Origin: a virus
Strand: one strand, 5' to 3'
Virus record (IMG/VR): IMGVR_UViG_3300032297_000368
Coordinates: 1 to 64,000 of that record
DNA length: 64,000 nt
The notes beneath the pieces are model-generated. The model saw only the letters and a list, made by a program, of their open reading frames with translations, made no database searches and had not been told where the DNA came from. Position numbers and translations under genes: made by a program. Each line of letters opens with the position of its first letter. The first letter of the stretch is position 1. Positions 1 through 8,891 of this stretch are shown piece after piece.

Positions 1-140
1 CCAATATCGTCACAAATCTTGGCACATTCCCGAACAATCAACTCAGCGAACTTTTCAGTGGCTTCATGTGAATTTCCTATTCGGCTACTGGGACCCAATA
101 GTCCAGCCTGTTCGGCAAGTTGTTTAACCCGTTCATTCAT
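1..140 (-). CDS. hypothetical early phage protein (3' end runs off window)
   Basis: ATG at 140 reads MNERVKQLAEQAGL...EKFAELIVRECAKIC; open to the window edge. Confidence 0.6.
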   Translation of the reverse strand, partial: MNERVKQLAEQAGLLGPSSRIGNSHEATEKFAELIVRECAKICDDI

Positions 141-189
141 TTAAGTATTATCCAACAAAGTATTACAAATAATAAAAGAAACCAAAACA

Positions 190-411
190 TTACTTCTCCA
201 CATAATCAGATAAAACGAGGCCATTCTCCACCAACTCACTGATTAACTGTTCATCCGTCATGTTCTCAAAACCTTTGCAACCATTACGGAGAATCCACTC
301 TAAGTGGTCGGTACCAAAATCCTCACCATCGAAAATCGTGGTGAACTCACAGTCCACCAGAATCTCAATTGCCTTATCTCTATTCAACACACCACACCTT
401 CTATTCATCAT
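190..411 (-). CDS. hypothetical protein
   Basis: ORF 190..438; AAGGAG upstream of ATG at 411 suggests this start. Confidence 0.6.
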   Translation of the reverse strand: MMNRRCGVLNRDKAIEILVDCEFTTIFDGEDFGTDHLEWILRNGCKGFENMTDEQLISELVENGLVLSDYVEK

Positions 412-421
412 ACCATACTCC

Positions 422-634
422 TTAAAGAACCAAATCATCCAACATATAACGATACTCTTGTGCTAACATATCCACATAATCAAAAGATACGTTATATTTC
501 TCTGAAATTTGTCGGAATGATAACTCTGATTCCTCTATATCTCGTATTATCAAATTATCAAGACTTACACTCATGTACATCTCCATATTAAAATATATTA
601 GTGAACCAGTCTGGCGCAGCAGCACGCTTTGCAA
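422..634 (-). CDS. hypothetical protein, possible small HTH; true start likely downstream
   Basis: LSFRQISEKYNVS is HTH-like; lies downstream of the promoter at 753-780. Confidence 0.45.
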   Translation of the reverse strand: MQSVLLRQTGSLIYFNMEMYMSVSLDNLIIRDIEESELSFRQISEKYNVSFDYVDMLAQEYRYMLDDLVL

Positions 635-752
635 TCCGTTTCCAGATTGTGTATCGCTTTTCTAGGTGCTCTGTATGCTATCAGAATTCCGCAGTCCTTC
701 AATACAATTACTTGTAAGGGCAACTAATATGCTTTACTATTACAACACCGTC

Positions 753-780
753 ATTATATCAGTACCGTGGAATATGTCAA
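753..780 (-). promoter_or_regulatory. sigma70-type early promoter TTGACA-N16-TATAAT
   Basis: Perfect -35/-10 hexamers on the minus strand, 16-nt spacer. Confidence 0.7.
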
Positions 781-783
781 GCG

Positions 784-990
784 TTATTTGTAAAACTCTC
801 TGCGGAACCTTTTGGTCTGTAACTCCGCTTTGGCCATTAGTACCGACCAGTCTCCAGTTAACTCAGCCTCTCGGATATCTTTGTTGACCCACTTAGAAAA
901 TCCTTTAGATGCCGAATTATCAATGGCATACTTAGCCTGACCAGTTGCCATGGAGTATAGAATCGAATCGTTTTTTAATAGTCTAGCCAT
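784..990 (-). CDS. hypothetical protein
   Basis: 68-aa ORF in the co-oriented early gene array. Confidence 0.6.
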   Translation of the reverse strand: MARLLKNDSILYSMATGQAKYAIDNSASKGFSKWVNKDIREAELTGDWSVLMAKAELQTKRFRREFYK

Positions 991-1184
991 AGTAATTCCA
1001 CAGAAAATTTACCGGAAAAAATTCCAGTGACGATTTTGTACCGGAAAAAAATTTTGATCCACAGAGATACACACGAGTAAGGATCCTTTTGATAAGGTAT
1101 ACCAACACTAGAGGACTCCTTTTTTCTACCACACTGCTGTTTTCGTTTTCGCTAGCGCTGTGTTGCTCTGGTGCCGCTCCCCTG

Positions 1185-1304
1185 TCACAGGAGCATGTCC
1201 GCCTCGCACACAGCATCCTCATAGGTCACGGACTGAAGCTCGATCTCTTCTCCATCGTAGGTGACTGCCACGTAGGTGCCACCCTCTGTTTGCTTGACTT
1301 CCAT
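1185..1304 (-). CDS. 39-aa acidic hypothetical protein (not in ORF track)
   Basis: MEVKQTEGGTYVAVTYDGEEIELQSVTYEDAVCEADMLL; GAGG SD, TGATG overlap with the upstream gene. Confidence 0.6.
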   Translation of the reverse strand: MEVKQTEGGTYVAVTYDGEEIELQSVTYEDAVCEADMLL

Positions 1305-1708
1305 CACACCACCTCGTAAGGTTTATTCCACTTTCCGATGTTCACGGACACGTACCAACCCACGTGGAAATAATCGGACTGGATGTCGCTCTTATCAAAA
1401 TTTCCATCATTCATTGCTGGTAGCACCTCTGATAAAAATGCCTTTGCCTTGCCACTGAAGTGGTCTTGGTACCAGTAAGGGTTAACCTGTATAGAACGCT
1501 CAGCGGGACTGAAACGGTTATATTCTGGACGGGTTGAAACAGTCTCATTATAATTTGTAATAAAATCTATTGGACTGGATTGAACATTAAGAACCAGCGT
1601 GCTATGATTATTAACAGCGAGACTGGCCTTTACTTTATATTTTTTGCAAATTGCTTTGATTTTAGGTGCTAACTTCGACTTTAATTCCTGACTAACAAAT
1701 GCCATCAC
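1304..1708 (-). CDS. conserved phage early protein (possibly large-polyvalent-protein-associated domain)
   Basis: C-terminal DKSDIQSDYFHVGWY motif; AGGAG SD; directly behind the promoter at 1738-1765. Confidence 0.6.
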   Translation of the reverse strand: MMAFVSQELKSKLAPKIKAICKKYKVKASLAVNNHSTLVLNVQSSPIDFITNYNETVSTRPEYNRFSPAERSIQVNPYWYQDHFSGKAKAFLSEVLPAMNDGNFDKSDIQSDYFHVGWYVSVNIGKWNKPYEVV

Positions 1709-1737
1709 AATCTCCTATTAATCACTCAACAGAAACC

Positions 1738-1765
1738 ATTATAGAGGTTTCGGTGAATAAGTCAA
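1738..1765 (-). promoter_or_regulatory. early promoter TTGACT-N16-TATAAT
   Basis: -35/-10 hexamers; downstream GGTTTCTGTTGAGTGATT shared with the copies at 2243 and 5527. Confidence 0.75.
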
Positions 1766-2242
1766 GCGGATCCAGTAAAAAACCACCATATGCCTTAGCG
1801 TACATCACAGCGGCATCCCGTATTGCAAAATTCATAACTTTACCACTAGGGAACAGAACATTATATTGCATATTCGACACCATATTCATCTATTATATAA
1901 TTGACATCATCCACAGATAAATTCATTATAAATGCGATTCTGACAACGGTTTCACCCTCAGCGGCCAGATACAGCACATCCTCGATTGCCCGCTTTATGG
2001 CACTCATGGTAAAACTCTTGTCAAAATGGTAACGACACCATTACGAAAACCAACGCCATTGGCAGTGGTTAGGGTAGGACTACTAGCCAGAAATTCTTCG
2101 ATGGCTCTTGCAACTTCGACATTATTGAACATCACGATCCTCCATTGCATCATTGATAACATACACACAGACTGCCACAGTGGCCAGCATTATAAAATAA
2201 ACATCAAACATAATTGCCTCACATAATCACTCAACAGAACCC

Positions 2243-2292
2243 ATTGTACGCTTACCAGTGAATATGTCAAGCGATGTTGCAGAAATACAACA
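2243..2292 (-). promoter_or_regulatory. early promoter TTGACA-N16-TACAAT with upstream TGTTG-N8-CAACA palindrome
   Basis: Hexamers at 2265-2270 and 2243-2248; palindrome 2275-2292. Confidence 0.7.
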
Positions 2293-2419
2293 GAATTATC
2301 ATTGTGTTATCATGATTATAACAGCACGTTTATTACCACGACTAATGACACAAAATCACACATTTTCACACTATTTGACACAGTGCGGTTACTACCTAGT
2401 CACAATCTATACTAATCGG

Positions 2420-2632
2420 TCACAGATAATTGCGACTTTTCTCTAGTCTCTTGAGCACCTTTGCTTCTTTCTTTGCCTTTTTCTTACTATGATATTCTTC
2501 TAATTTTGCCATTTCCTCTTTTACCTTATTACCTATCATGTGTATTTGTCTCTCGGACAGTGGTAGTCTATTAGTCTGGAATAACTGTATTATCTGGTTA
2601 TATGTAAAGGTCTTTGGTTTCATATTATACAC
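2420..2632 (-). CDS. basic hypothetical protein
   Basis: ORF track; tightly packed with neighbours. Confidence 0.55.
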   Translation of the reverse strand: MYNMKPKTFTYNQIIQLFQTNRLPLSERQIHMIGNKVKEEMAKLEEYHSKKKAKKEAKVLKRLEKSRNYL

Positions 2633-2833
2633 TCAAAAGTCATCATAACACTCGGTTCTTATATGCATTTTCTCTAGTAATTTTGATCTCGGATAATCTT
2701 CTTCGGTGACGGTCATTGCCGACCCATCGGTGAAATATATCTTGTATTCTTTGAACTCTGGATGCCCCGATACAGAGGTTATTCTATACACATCGGAAGT
2801 CTTAACCCAATCACCTATTATATTAATCCACAT
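2633..2833 (-). CDS. hypothetical protein
   Basis: ORF track; GAGGA SD. Confidence 0.6.
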   Translation of the reverse strand: MWINIIGDWVKTSDVYRITSVSGHPEFKEYKIYFTDGSAMTVTEEDYPRSKLLEKMHIRTECYDDF

Positions 2834-2843
2834 AATTATTTCC

Positions 2844-3119
2844 TCAATCCATTCTACACTCTGGTGGTATTGTACTGTATTTTCTCATGGCAATGTAACG
2901 AGCAGTGACGGAACATTCTTCGACTACTTCACTCCAATCATTATACTTTGTCGCAACGGGACCTGCGGGTACAGTACTCAGGCACTTATAGAATACCTCG
3001 GTTCTTATACACTGGTTGATCTGAGCGGTATTATCTTTAAGCTCGGTTGTCATTGTACCGTCTGCGGTCTTTTGACAACCGGCAAAAACTATACAGGCCA
3101 TAATTATCGCATATTTCAT
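2844..3119 (-). CDS. putative lipoprotein
   Basis: Signal peptide with lipobox FAGC; several Cys. Confidence 0.65.
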   Translation of the reverse strand: MKYAIIMACIVFAGCQKTADGTMTTELKDNTAQINQCIRTEVFYKCLSTVPAGPVATKYNDWSEVVEECSVTARYIAMRKYSTIPPECRMD

Positions 3120-3120
3120 A

Positions 3121-3384
3121 CTATTTCCTCACTTCAAATAATTCTACGATTAACTTACCTAATTCACTGTCCGGATCTATTTTTTTATCTGTATTAAATT
3201 TTATTGTGGACACTATCTGCCTCAAATCTTTACGTTTTCTAAATGAACCGATGAATTTACCATGAGGGTTTAACGTTCGGACTATCAACTGCGGTGACGT
3301 AACATAACGGTAATCGTCTGGATTCTTGCCTTTTACGTAATCCATGTATTCTTTAGCATTACCTGCAATAATATATTGTGTCAT
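3121..3384 (-). CDS. hypothetical protein
   Basis: Likely start MTQYIIAG at 3384 (ATGA overlap with the upstream membrane ORF). Confidence 0.6.
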   Translation of the reverse strand: MTQYIIAGNAKEYMDYVKGKNPDDYRYVTSPQLIVRTLNPHGKFIGSFRKRKDLRQIVSTIKFNTDKKIDPDSELGKLIVELFEVRK

Positions 3385-3530
3385 AAGTTTAGTATTGCAC
3401 TCCCTAGTATTATCGCAACCAGTAATGATATTATGAACATTACTATCCACGATAGAATATAAGCAATTACTCGGAAAAAGGTCACGAGGACTAATAGTCC
3501 GAATATCGCCAGAATCAATAATAATAGCAT
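3381..3530 (-). CDS. 49-aa very hydrophobic membrane peptide (not in ORF track)
   Basis: MLLLLILAIFGLLVLVTFFRVIAYILSWIVMFIISLLVAIILGSAILNL fills the gap exactly. Confidence 0.55.
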   Translation of the reverse strand: MLLLLILAIFGLLVLVTFFRVIAYILSWIVMFIISLLVAIILGSAILNL

Positions 3531-3533
3531 AAA

Positions 3534-3752
3534 TTAATGTAGTGGTTCTGCGGGAGAGGTGCGGGTATAAGACAATGCGGTATTCATAGTATTTTTGAAT
3601 CGGTCAAGTGTCTCGGTGTATTCATTGGCAACCATCAATCTGGCCAGTACCACGGCAGAGAAATAATCAATCGGCACATCATATTGCAAGTGCAATGCAG
3701 CAATTGCTTGGTCAATCTTATCAATCATTTCCACCATTGTATCGTCATTCAT
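3534..3752 (-). CDS. hypothetical protein
   Basis: Start MNDDTMV preceded by GAGAGGG. Confidence 0.6.
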   Translation of the reverse strand: MNDDTMVEMIDKIDQAIAALHLQYDVPIDYFSAVVLARLMVANEYTETLDRFKNTMNTALSYTRTSPAEPLH

Positions 3753-3915
3753 TTGTTTCCCTCTCATTATATTGAAATAACCATCTACCAGAATTAATAT
3801 CAAACTTAAATACTTTTCTGTACCATCCGAACCAGATTATTTTATCTCGACCTCTTACGGGAAATAGTGCGAACTTGAACACTATTTTCTGGTCGCCATG
3901 TACTGGTCGGATCAT
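3745..3915 (-). CDS. 56-aa hypothetical protein (not in ORF track)
   Basis: MIRPVHGDQKIVFKFALFPV..., overlapping both neighbours. Confidence 0.5.
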   Translation of the reverse strand: MIRPVHGDQKIVFKFALFPVRGRDKIIWFGWYRKVFKFDINSGRWLFQYNERETNE

Positions 3916-4154
3916 TTTGAAGTGAACTTATAGGATTTTGTCAATTCTTCGGTACTCGGTACTGCATCACTGGCACTATTTGCTGACAAGGTCGGACAAG
4001 GCGTGCCACTATGTCCACCTGGCCAGCCGCATACAGAACACTTTGTAATAGAGGGATTAATCACAGGTTTAATCTCGGAAACAGAGGCACTTTGTATCTC
4101 GGAATAGGTGCCATCGGTGTAATATACTATAATTTTACGAATGTTTTTATTCAT
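3912..4154 (-). CDS. hypothetical protein with CxxC...H...C zinc-knuckle-like motif
   Basis: CSVCGWPGGHSGTPC. Confidence 0.55.
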   Translation of the reverse strand: MNKNIRKIIVYYTDGTYSEIQSASVSEIKPVINPSITKCSVCGWPGGHSGTPCPTLSANSASDAVPSTEELTKSYKFTSK

Positions 4155-4414
4155 GTTTTTAAGTCTATCTGGTTAGGTTTATTAAATTCTCTTAGCACAG
4201 CACCACCATTGTATAATGTAATCGATGAATAGTCAATAGTCTGGACACTATTGCCTTCGTTATATACCGTGGTCTGCATACGGGTTACATGAAACTTATC
4301 ACCATTAGTCTCATAGTAGGACTTCTGAAAGGTTATGGGAAATGTATAGGGACTATTCACGTGCGGGTAATCTGAATTTGGCCAGTACTTCGTTCGCCTC
4401 TTCATAATTATCAC
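4151..4414 (-). CDS. hypothetical protein
   Basis: ORF track; overlapping start/stop packing. Confidence 0.5.
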   Translation of the reverse strand: MIIMKRRTKYWPNSDYPHVNSPYTFPITFQKSYYETNGDKFHVTRMQTTVYNEGNSVQTIDYSSITLYNGGAVLREFNKPNQIDLKT

Positions 4415-4595
4415 CTATTACATCATCAAATATATCATACGCAAACTCTACCAGTCCCGCTCGCATTTTTTTGAGTAAATACACAATGTAATCATGCATC
4501 TCAGGATTAGATTGCACCAACTCGATCAACTGGTCGACCGATAAGGTCATCAGGAAATGCATGTCCTGTTCTTCGGTATTTCTATTTAAACTCAT
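4353..4595 (-). CDS. hypothetical protein
   Basis: ORF track. Confidence 0.55.
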   Translation of the reverse strand: MSLNRNTEEQDMHFLMTLSVDQLIELVQSNPEMHDYIVYLLKKMRAGLVEFAYDIFDDVIGDNYEEANEVLAKFRLPARE

Positions 4596-4752
4596 CCTCG
4601 ATTTCCTTTATGATGGCCTCGTCTCGTATCGCCACCAATTCCTTATGTATAGACTTGTACCATAATAACTCATCGGTCGAGATTCTATTGGCCATGTCCA
4701 TCTGCCATTCATAATGCGATATCGCCTCGTCTAAGGCCTTAATTCTAGTCAT
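4582..4752 (-). CDS. 56-aa hypothetical protein (not in ORF track)
   Basis: MTRIKALDEAISHYEWQ... fills the gap between neighbours. Confidence 0.5.
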   Translation of the reverse strand: MTRIKALDEAISHYEWQMDMANRISTDELLWYKSIHKELVAIRDEAIIKEIEDEFK

Positions 4753-5062
4753 GGTCATAACTGTATATTATATCCTCATAATCCAATTCTGGTTCTGGAA
4801 AAATAATCTCACCATCAAAATTTATTTGAGATTTCTCGAACCATGACAAATAATCGTCCGGTTCTATCGACCAATCGATAATATGCTCTTCTGCCATTGG
4901 TCTTTTATAGCCAATGCCTGCGGCAGTGACTAATTCTTCATAATCTATATTTAGTGGCACATTCTTTATTTTATAATCAGACCCGCCCTTTGCCTTCCAG
5001 TGCGGGTCTTTAGAATCGCCGTAATTCTCATAGTATTGGGTGCGAATCACGAGCATTGACAT
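4745..5062 (-). CDS. conserved phage hypothetical protein
   Basis: TQYYENYG...HWKAKGG motif; GGAG SD. Confidence 0.7.
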   Translation of the reverse strand: MSMLVIRTQYYENYGDSKDPHWKAKGGSDYKIKNVPLNIDYEELVTAAGIGYKRPMAEEHIIDWSIEPDDYLSWFEKSQINFDGEIIFPEPELDYEDIIYSYDHD

Positions 5063-5301
5063 TATCTGCTCTCCCGTTCAGTGCGTTTTTCCAATGCATC
5101 AAACAAGATAAACTTGGCGACATTCAACTGCTTGCGGACATTTTCAGGCAGATTGAATTCCTGACAATCACTGAGAATACCAGCAACGACCATCTCAATA
5201 CCAGACAAACGAGCAGTGATGGATTCTAGATAATCTTCACGAATATCCTGCTCAGTAATTCCGTAACAATTTCTTTCGAATTCTGTCATATTATTCTCCA
5301 A
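5062..5301 (-). CDS. hypothetical protein
   Basis: ORF track; GGAG SD before the internal Met. Confidence 0.6.
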   Translation of the reverse strand: MENNMTEFERNCYGITEQDIREDYLESITARLSGIEMVVAGILSDCQEFNLPENVRKQLNVAKFILFDALEKRTERESR

Positions 5302-5494
5302 ATAATAAATCTAATTTTGAAATACCACGAGAAGCAAGATACTCTTCCCACAGATAACCTTTTTCCATCGCTTCTAATAACGTATCACCGTTACAAATAA
5401 GCACACATTCTGGGTCAGCGTGAGCCATAATATACTCACCATAACCGTCATAATATAAATCTTCTAATTTTGACATTAATTTTGCTTTTGACAT
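5291..5494 (-). CDS. hypothetical protein, first gene of early operon
   Basis: Directly downstream of the promoter at 5527-5554. Confidence 0.6.
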   Translation of the reverse strand: MSKAKLMSKLEDLYYDGYGEYIMAHADPECVLICNGDTLLEAMEKGYLWEEYLASRGISKLDLLFGE

Positions 5495-5526
5495 CTTTAT
5501 TGCTCTCTAATCATTCAACAGAGACC

Positions 5527-5575
5527 ATTCTACACCAACCGGCAAATGAGTCAACCATGTTGCCAAAAAACAACA
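5527..5575 (-). promoter_or_regulatory. early promoter TTGACT-N16-TAGAAT with upstream TGTTG-N8-CAACA palindrome
   Basis: Hexamers at 5549-5554 and 5527-5532; palindrome 5558-5575. Confidence 0.7.
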
Positions 5576-5594
5576 GTTCTCATTATCATTTTGA

Positions 5595-5602
5595 TATAAA
5601 TA
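5595..5602 (+). promoter_or_regulatory. T4-type late promoter TATAAATA
   Basis: Exact gp55 consensus upstream of the only plus-strand cassette. Confidence 0.65.
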
Positions 5603-5654
5603 CCCATTGCAATGTGATTTGATGTTAATTATGCAACTATAGGAGTTAACAGAA

Positions 5655-5825
5655 ATGAAACATTTAGTATTATTATCAATTTGTCTATTCATCTTGGGTT
5701 GCGAAAACAACTATCGTTACCCATGCCAAGACCCAGAAAACTGGGAAAAGAAGCAATGTAAAAAACCAATATGTGAAGTCAATCGTGATTGTCCTGAGTA
5801 CATTTTTAAAAAGGAAATGCAATGA
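5655..5825 (+). CDS. 56-aa Cys-rich lipoprotein (not in ORF track)
   Basis: AGGAG SD; MKHLVLLSICLFILGC lipobox; YRYPCQDPENW...C...C...C. Confidence 0.75.
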   Translation: MKHLVLLSICLFILGCENNYRYPCQDPENWEKKQCKKPICEVNRDCPEYIFKKEMQ

Positions 5826-6178
5826 AACCACAAAAAGTCAGTAAACCGGGGGAACGTTACACCGAACAGGAATTAATGGTTCGCCTTAAATTCTTTATAG
5901 GCGTATGCCTTGCACTCACATTAATTGGTATTGTATTTGTAGTCTTATATTCTATCATATTCGTAACACAACCTTTAAATGCCATGTCACCTATTGACGC
6001 CAAATTCTTCGAACTTATCATACCATTGGCAACTTTCTTGACAGGCACATTATCAGGCATTATGTTAGCTGGCACTGGCCGTGAGGCAGCAATGGCAGGT
6101 GCAGAAATGCAACGAGCAGCACATGCCGCTATGAATGAAACAGCAGAAGAACCAGAAGAACCTAAACCTAAAAAATAA
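5822..6178 (+). CDS. two-TM membrane protein (holin-like topology)
   Basis: Two hydrophobic helices, charged C-tail; ATGA overlap with the lipoprotein. Confidence 0.7.
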   Translation: MKPQKVSKPGERYTEQELMVRLKFFIGVCLALTLIGIVFVVLYSIIFVTQPLNAMSPIDAKFFELIIPLATFLTGTLSGIMLAGTGREAAMAGAEMQRAAHAAMNETAEEPEEPKPKK

Positions 6179-6234
6179 CTGAATTATATTCTACAATGGT
6201 GATTTTATTATGAGATTATTCATAAGAAAGTTAA

Positions 6235-6951
6235 ATGGATCCAATATCAGCATTTGCAGCAGCACAAACAGCCATTGGTTTAATACGCAAAGGCGTGGAG
6301 TTTTACAAGGAATGCAAAAGCACTGGCTCTGATGTTATGGAAATTACTAGTGAGGTCACAGACCACATTGGTAAATTTATGGCTGCCTCTGATGTAGTTA
6401 AAGAGGCAGCCGAGAAGGCAAAGACTGAAGTGCCGAAGAAAGGTAAATCAGTAAATGCACAGGCACTAGAAAATGTAATGATGGCAAGACAAATATTTCA
6501 AGCAGAGACAGAATTGCGTGAAATGTTAATTTATCAAGCACCTGGTCTTGGTGCAATATGGACTGAATTTGAAAAAGAACGAGCCAGATTAAAAAAGGTA
6601 CAAGAGCAACAAGAAATAGAAGAGAAAGAAGAAAATGAAAGATTAGAGCGTGTTGCTGCAGCAAAGGCCAAAAGGCGTAGAGAAGCTCTAAAGAACTTAA
6701 TAGATGAATCGGTAATTGGTGTTGCGGTACTATTGGTGATTGTATTCTATCTTGGCATGTTATATCTGGTTGTAGAGTATAGAAGAGAACATTATCCAGA
6801 ATATGGCGATAAGATTATACCTCAACTACAACCAAATTGGAAACAATATGAGATTGATTATATGAAACAACTACTAGAAGAGAGGGAAGAAAGATTGAGG
6901 CAACTAGAAGAACTCAATCGTCTTCCTTCAGAGACAGTAAATACTCCATAA
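6235..6951 (+). CDS. coiled-coil membrane protein
   Basis: Helical N-terminus, E/K/Q coiled coil, single TM near residue 160-180. Confidence 0.7.
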   Translation: MDPISAFAAAQTAIGLIRKGVEFYKECKSTGSDVMEITSEVTDHIGKFMAASDVVKEAAEKAKTEVPKKGKSVNAQALENVMMARQIFQAETELREMLIYQAPGLGAIWTEFEKERARLKKVQEQQEIEEKEENERLERVAAAKAKRRREALKNLIDESVIGVAVLLVIVFYLGMLYLVVEYRREHYPEYGDKIIPQLQPNWKQYEIDYMKQLLEEREERLRQLEELNRLPSETVNTP

Positions 6952-7129
6952 CCTTTGTCATTGCATCATCTTTGTTCCTTGCCAAGACTTTGAACTTGGC
7001 AAGGTGGTCTTTGTTTATCGACATATCAAAAGGCACAACGCCATTGAACTGTAGTGGTGCATTCAACTGTATAGTCACAGTAAAATAGTCCATGCCTTTT
7101 ATATTATCTAATAATTGTTTTATTTCCAT
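6914..7129 (-). CDS. hypothetical protein
   Basis: ORF track. Confidence 0.6.
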   Translation of the reverse strand: MEIKQLLDNIKGMDYFTVTIQLNAPLQFNGVVPFDMSINKDHLAKFKVLARNKDDAMTKVMEYLLSLKEDD

Positions 7130-7476
7130 GTGCCATCCGACATCATTCTAAGTAATTGCACATCATCATTAGGCACAAGAAAACACCTTGCATGATATGT
7201 TCTCTCGAATCCTAATTGATTATCCATGTAAGTAAAATCGATAAGTTTATTATCTATCATCTGTTCAGCCAATGCTATTGCCAATTGTCTTTTCAGTACA
7301 TCAGCGTCAGGCATACCACCTTTTTTAGACATTGTATTAACATCTATAATTTGCTTAGTATGAACCATTTTACCTTGAATTATGTATTGCTTGGCAACCC
7401 ATTCATTCTTATTATACACATCATGGCCTATACCGCCACCACCTGTACCACCTATTGCAAAACTTTGTACAGCCAT
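7120..7476 (-). CDS. hypothetical protein
   Basis: ORF track; AAGGAG SD. Confidence 0.65.
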   Translation of the reverse strand: MAVQSFAIGGTGGGGIGHDVYNKNEWVAKQYIIQGKMVHTKQIIDVNTMSKKGGMPDADVLKRQLAIALAEQMIDNKLIDFTYMDNQLGFERTYHARCFLVPNDDVQLLRMMSDGTWK

Positions 7477-7479
7477 AAT

Positions 7480-8112
7480 TTACTCCTTCAAATGTAAAGA
7501 ATTTAAAAATAAAGCATCGGCTTCTTCTTCATTACCAATCATTCCAACTGGAAATGTATTAAATGCTAAACTAATTCTAGTATCTTCATTCACAGTATTA
7601 TACACCATGTGCATCAAACTTGATGGAAATAATAATAAATCTCCTGTAGCTACAGGCAACCACCATGATGTAGAATTCCAATGATTAAAAGTTTCTGGAT
7701 TTATTAATATTTGTCTATACACATCATTGAGAAAATATATCTTATCTAACTCAGGATCAGCATTAATATAAAATACACCCGAAATATAACTATTTGGATG
7801 GCAGTGTCGATGGTGATTTTCACCTGTATTGGTGTAGTTTAACCAAGATTGCGTAATACGTAAAGACACCTTATCACTGGCACATACAACATTTTTTAAA
7901 TAATAACTTACATTCTCTTCTATGAATTTTTTTATCCTACTCATTTCTGGGTGTTTCAAAATATATGTGTCTTTTGAAACCTTATGTGTACCATCGAGTA
8001 CAGTTTTACCAGCATGTAATTGAATAAAATCATTTTCTTTCTTATTGAAAGTGGTTTTAAATTTATTCGACAATACAGGCGTAGGGAATAATGATTGTAA
8101 CCGAGCGGTCAT
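7480..8112 (-). CDS. putative 2OG-Fe(II) oxygenase (TIGR02466-like)
   Basis: HxH (HCHPNSYISGVFY), LLLFPSSLMH, RISLAFN. Confidence 0.85.
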   Translation of the reverse strand: MTARLQSLFPTPVLSNKFKTTFNKKENDFIQLHAGKTVLDGTHKVSKDTYILKHPEMSRIKKFIEENVSYYLKNVVCASDKVSLRITQSWLNYTNTGENHHRHCHPNSYISGVFYINADPELDKIYFLNDVYRQILINPETFNHWNSTSWWLPVATGDLLLFPSSLMHMVYNTVNEDTRISLAFNTFPVGMIGNEEEADALFLNSLHLKE

Positions 8113-8115
8113 TAA

Positions 8116-8259
8116 TTAAAATTCTTTATAAACTTCACGTGCATCACTACCACATTCAGGACAATTTGCATACTTTGGCAAATCATCTAATAATCCATCC
8201 ACATTTTCATCATGTATATGGCCACATACTTCACAAACATATTGCTTTAATTCACTCAT
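8116..8259 (-). CDS. rubredoxin (47 aa, not in ORF track)
   Basis: YVCEVCGHIHD...LP...CPECG two-knuckle motif; AAGGAG SD. Confidence 0.85.
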   Translation of the reverse strand: MSELKQYVCEVCGHIHDENVDGLLDDLPKYANCPECGSDAREVYKEF

Positions 8260-8276
8260 AACTATCTCCTTAAAAA

Positions 8277-8891
8277 TTATAAAATTACCTTATGTGGACA
8301 CAAATCAACAGTGATTGTAATTCTTTCATCGTGTCCTGTGTATCTAGAAACCTCATGCCATACGTGGTTGGGACAAATTACCATTCTATTTCTTTTAGTC
8401 TCCACACTAATCGTTCTTTCTTCTTGAAAATTAAACAAACCCGAAAAACTAGGATCATGAAGTATTAAACTTCCACCTTCTTTATCATTATCCACATCTG
8501 TCAGATAAAAAATACCAAAAGCATCAACGGATTGATTATGATTATGTAATGCCTTATGATCTCCATTTCTCATGAAAGGTAATTTACCAGAGTATTCATC
8601 AACTCTATCATCTATACATTCTCTGGTCAATTCATTACTATCATAAGAACTAGCCAATTCATAAAAACAATCAACAAACATTTCTCTCAATTCTACCAAT
8701 TCGGGAAATTGAATTAAGTTTTCTTTCTTAAAAAGATTTATACTATTATTTCCCGTCAAAGAGTAATCTTGTTTTTCTGCTTGAATTGATTTAAATATAG
8801 ACTTGACTATGAATTCTAAATTTTGTGACCATTCTTCACTCTTATCATAATCTTTAATTAGAATTCTAGTGGGGAAAATTGTTTTAATCAT
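8277..8891 (-). CDS. putative 2OG-Fe(II) oxygenase
   Basis: HNH...GIFYL...GGSLILHDP...WHEV...RITIT. Confidence 0.75.
   Translation of the reverse strand: MIKTIFPTRILIKDYDKSEEWSQNLEFIVKSIFKSIQAEKQDYSLTGNNSINLFKKENLIQFPELVELREMFVDCFYELASSYDSNELTRECIDDRVDEYSGKLPFMRNGDHKALHNHNQSVDAFGIFYLTDVDNDKEGGSLILHDPSFSGLFNFQEERTISVETKRNRMVICPNHVWHEVSRYTGHDERITITVDLCPHKVIL

Noticed and set aside
5575-5592. Fur box (AATGATAATGAGAAC)
   Set aside because: Only tandem hexamers with no inverted half site, in AT-rich DNA; too weak to call.
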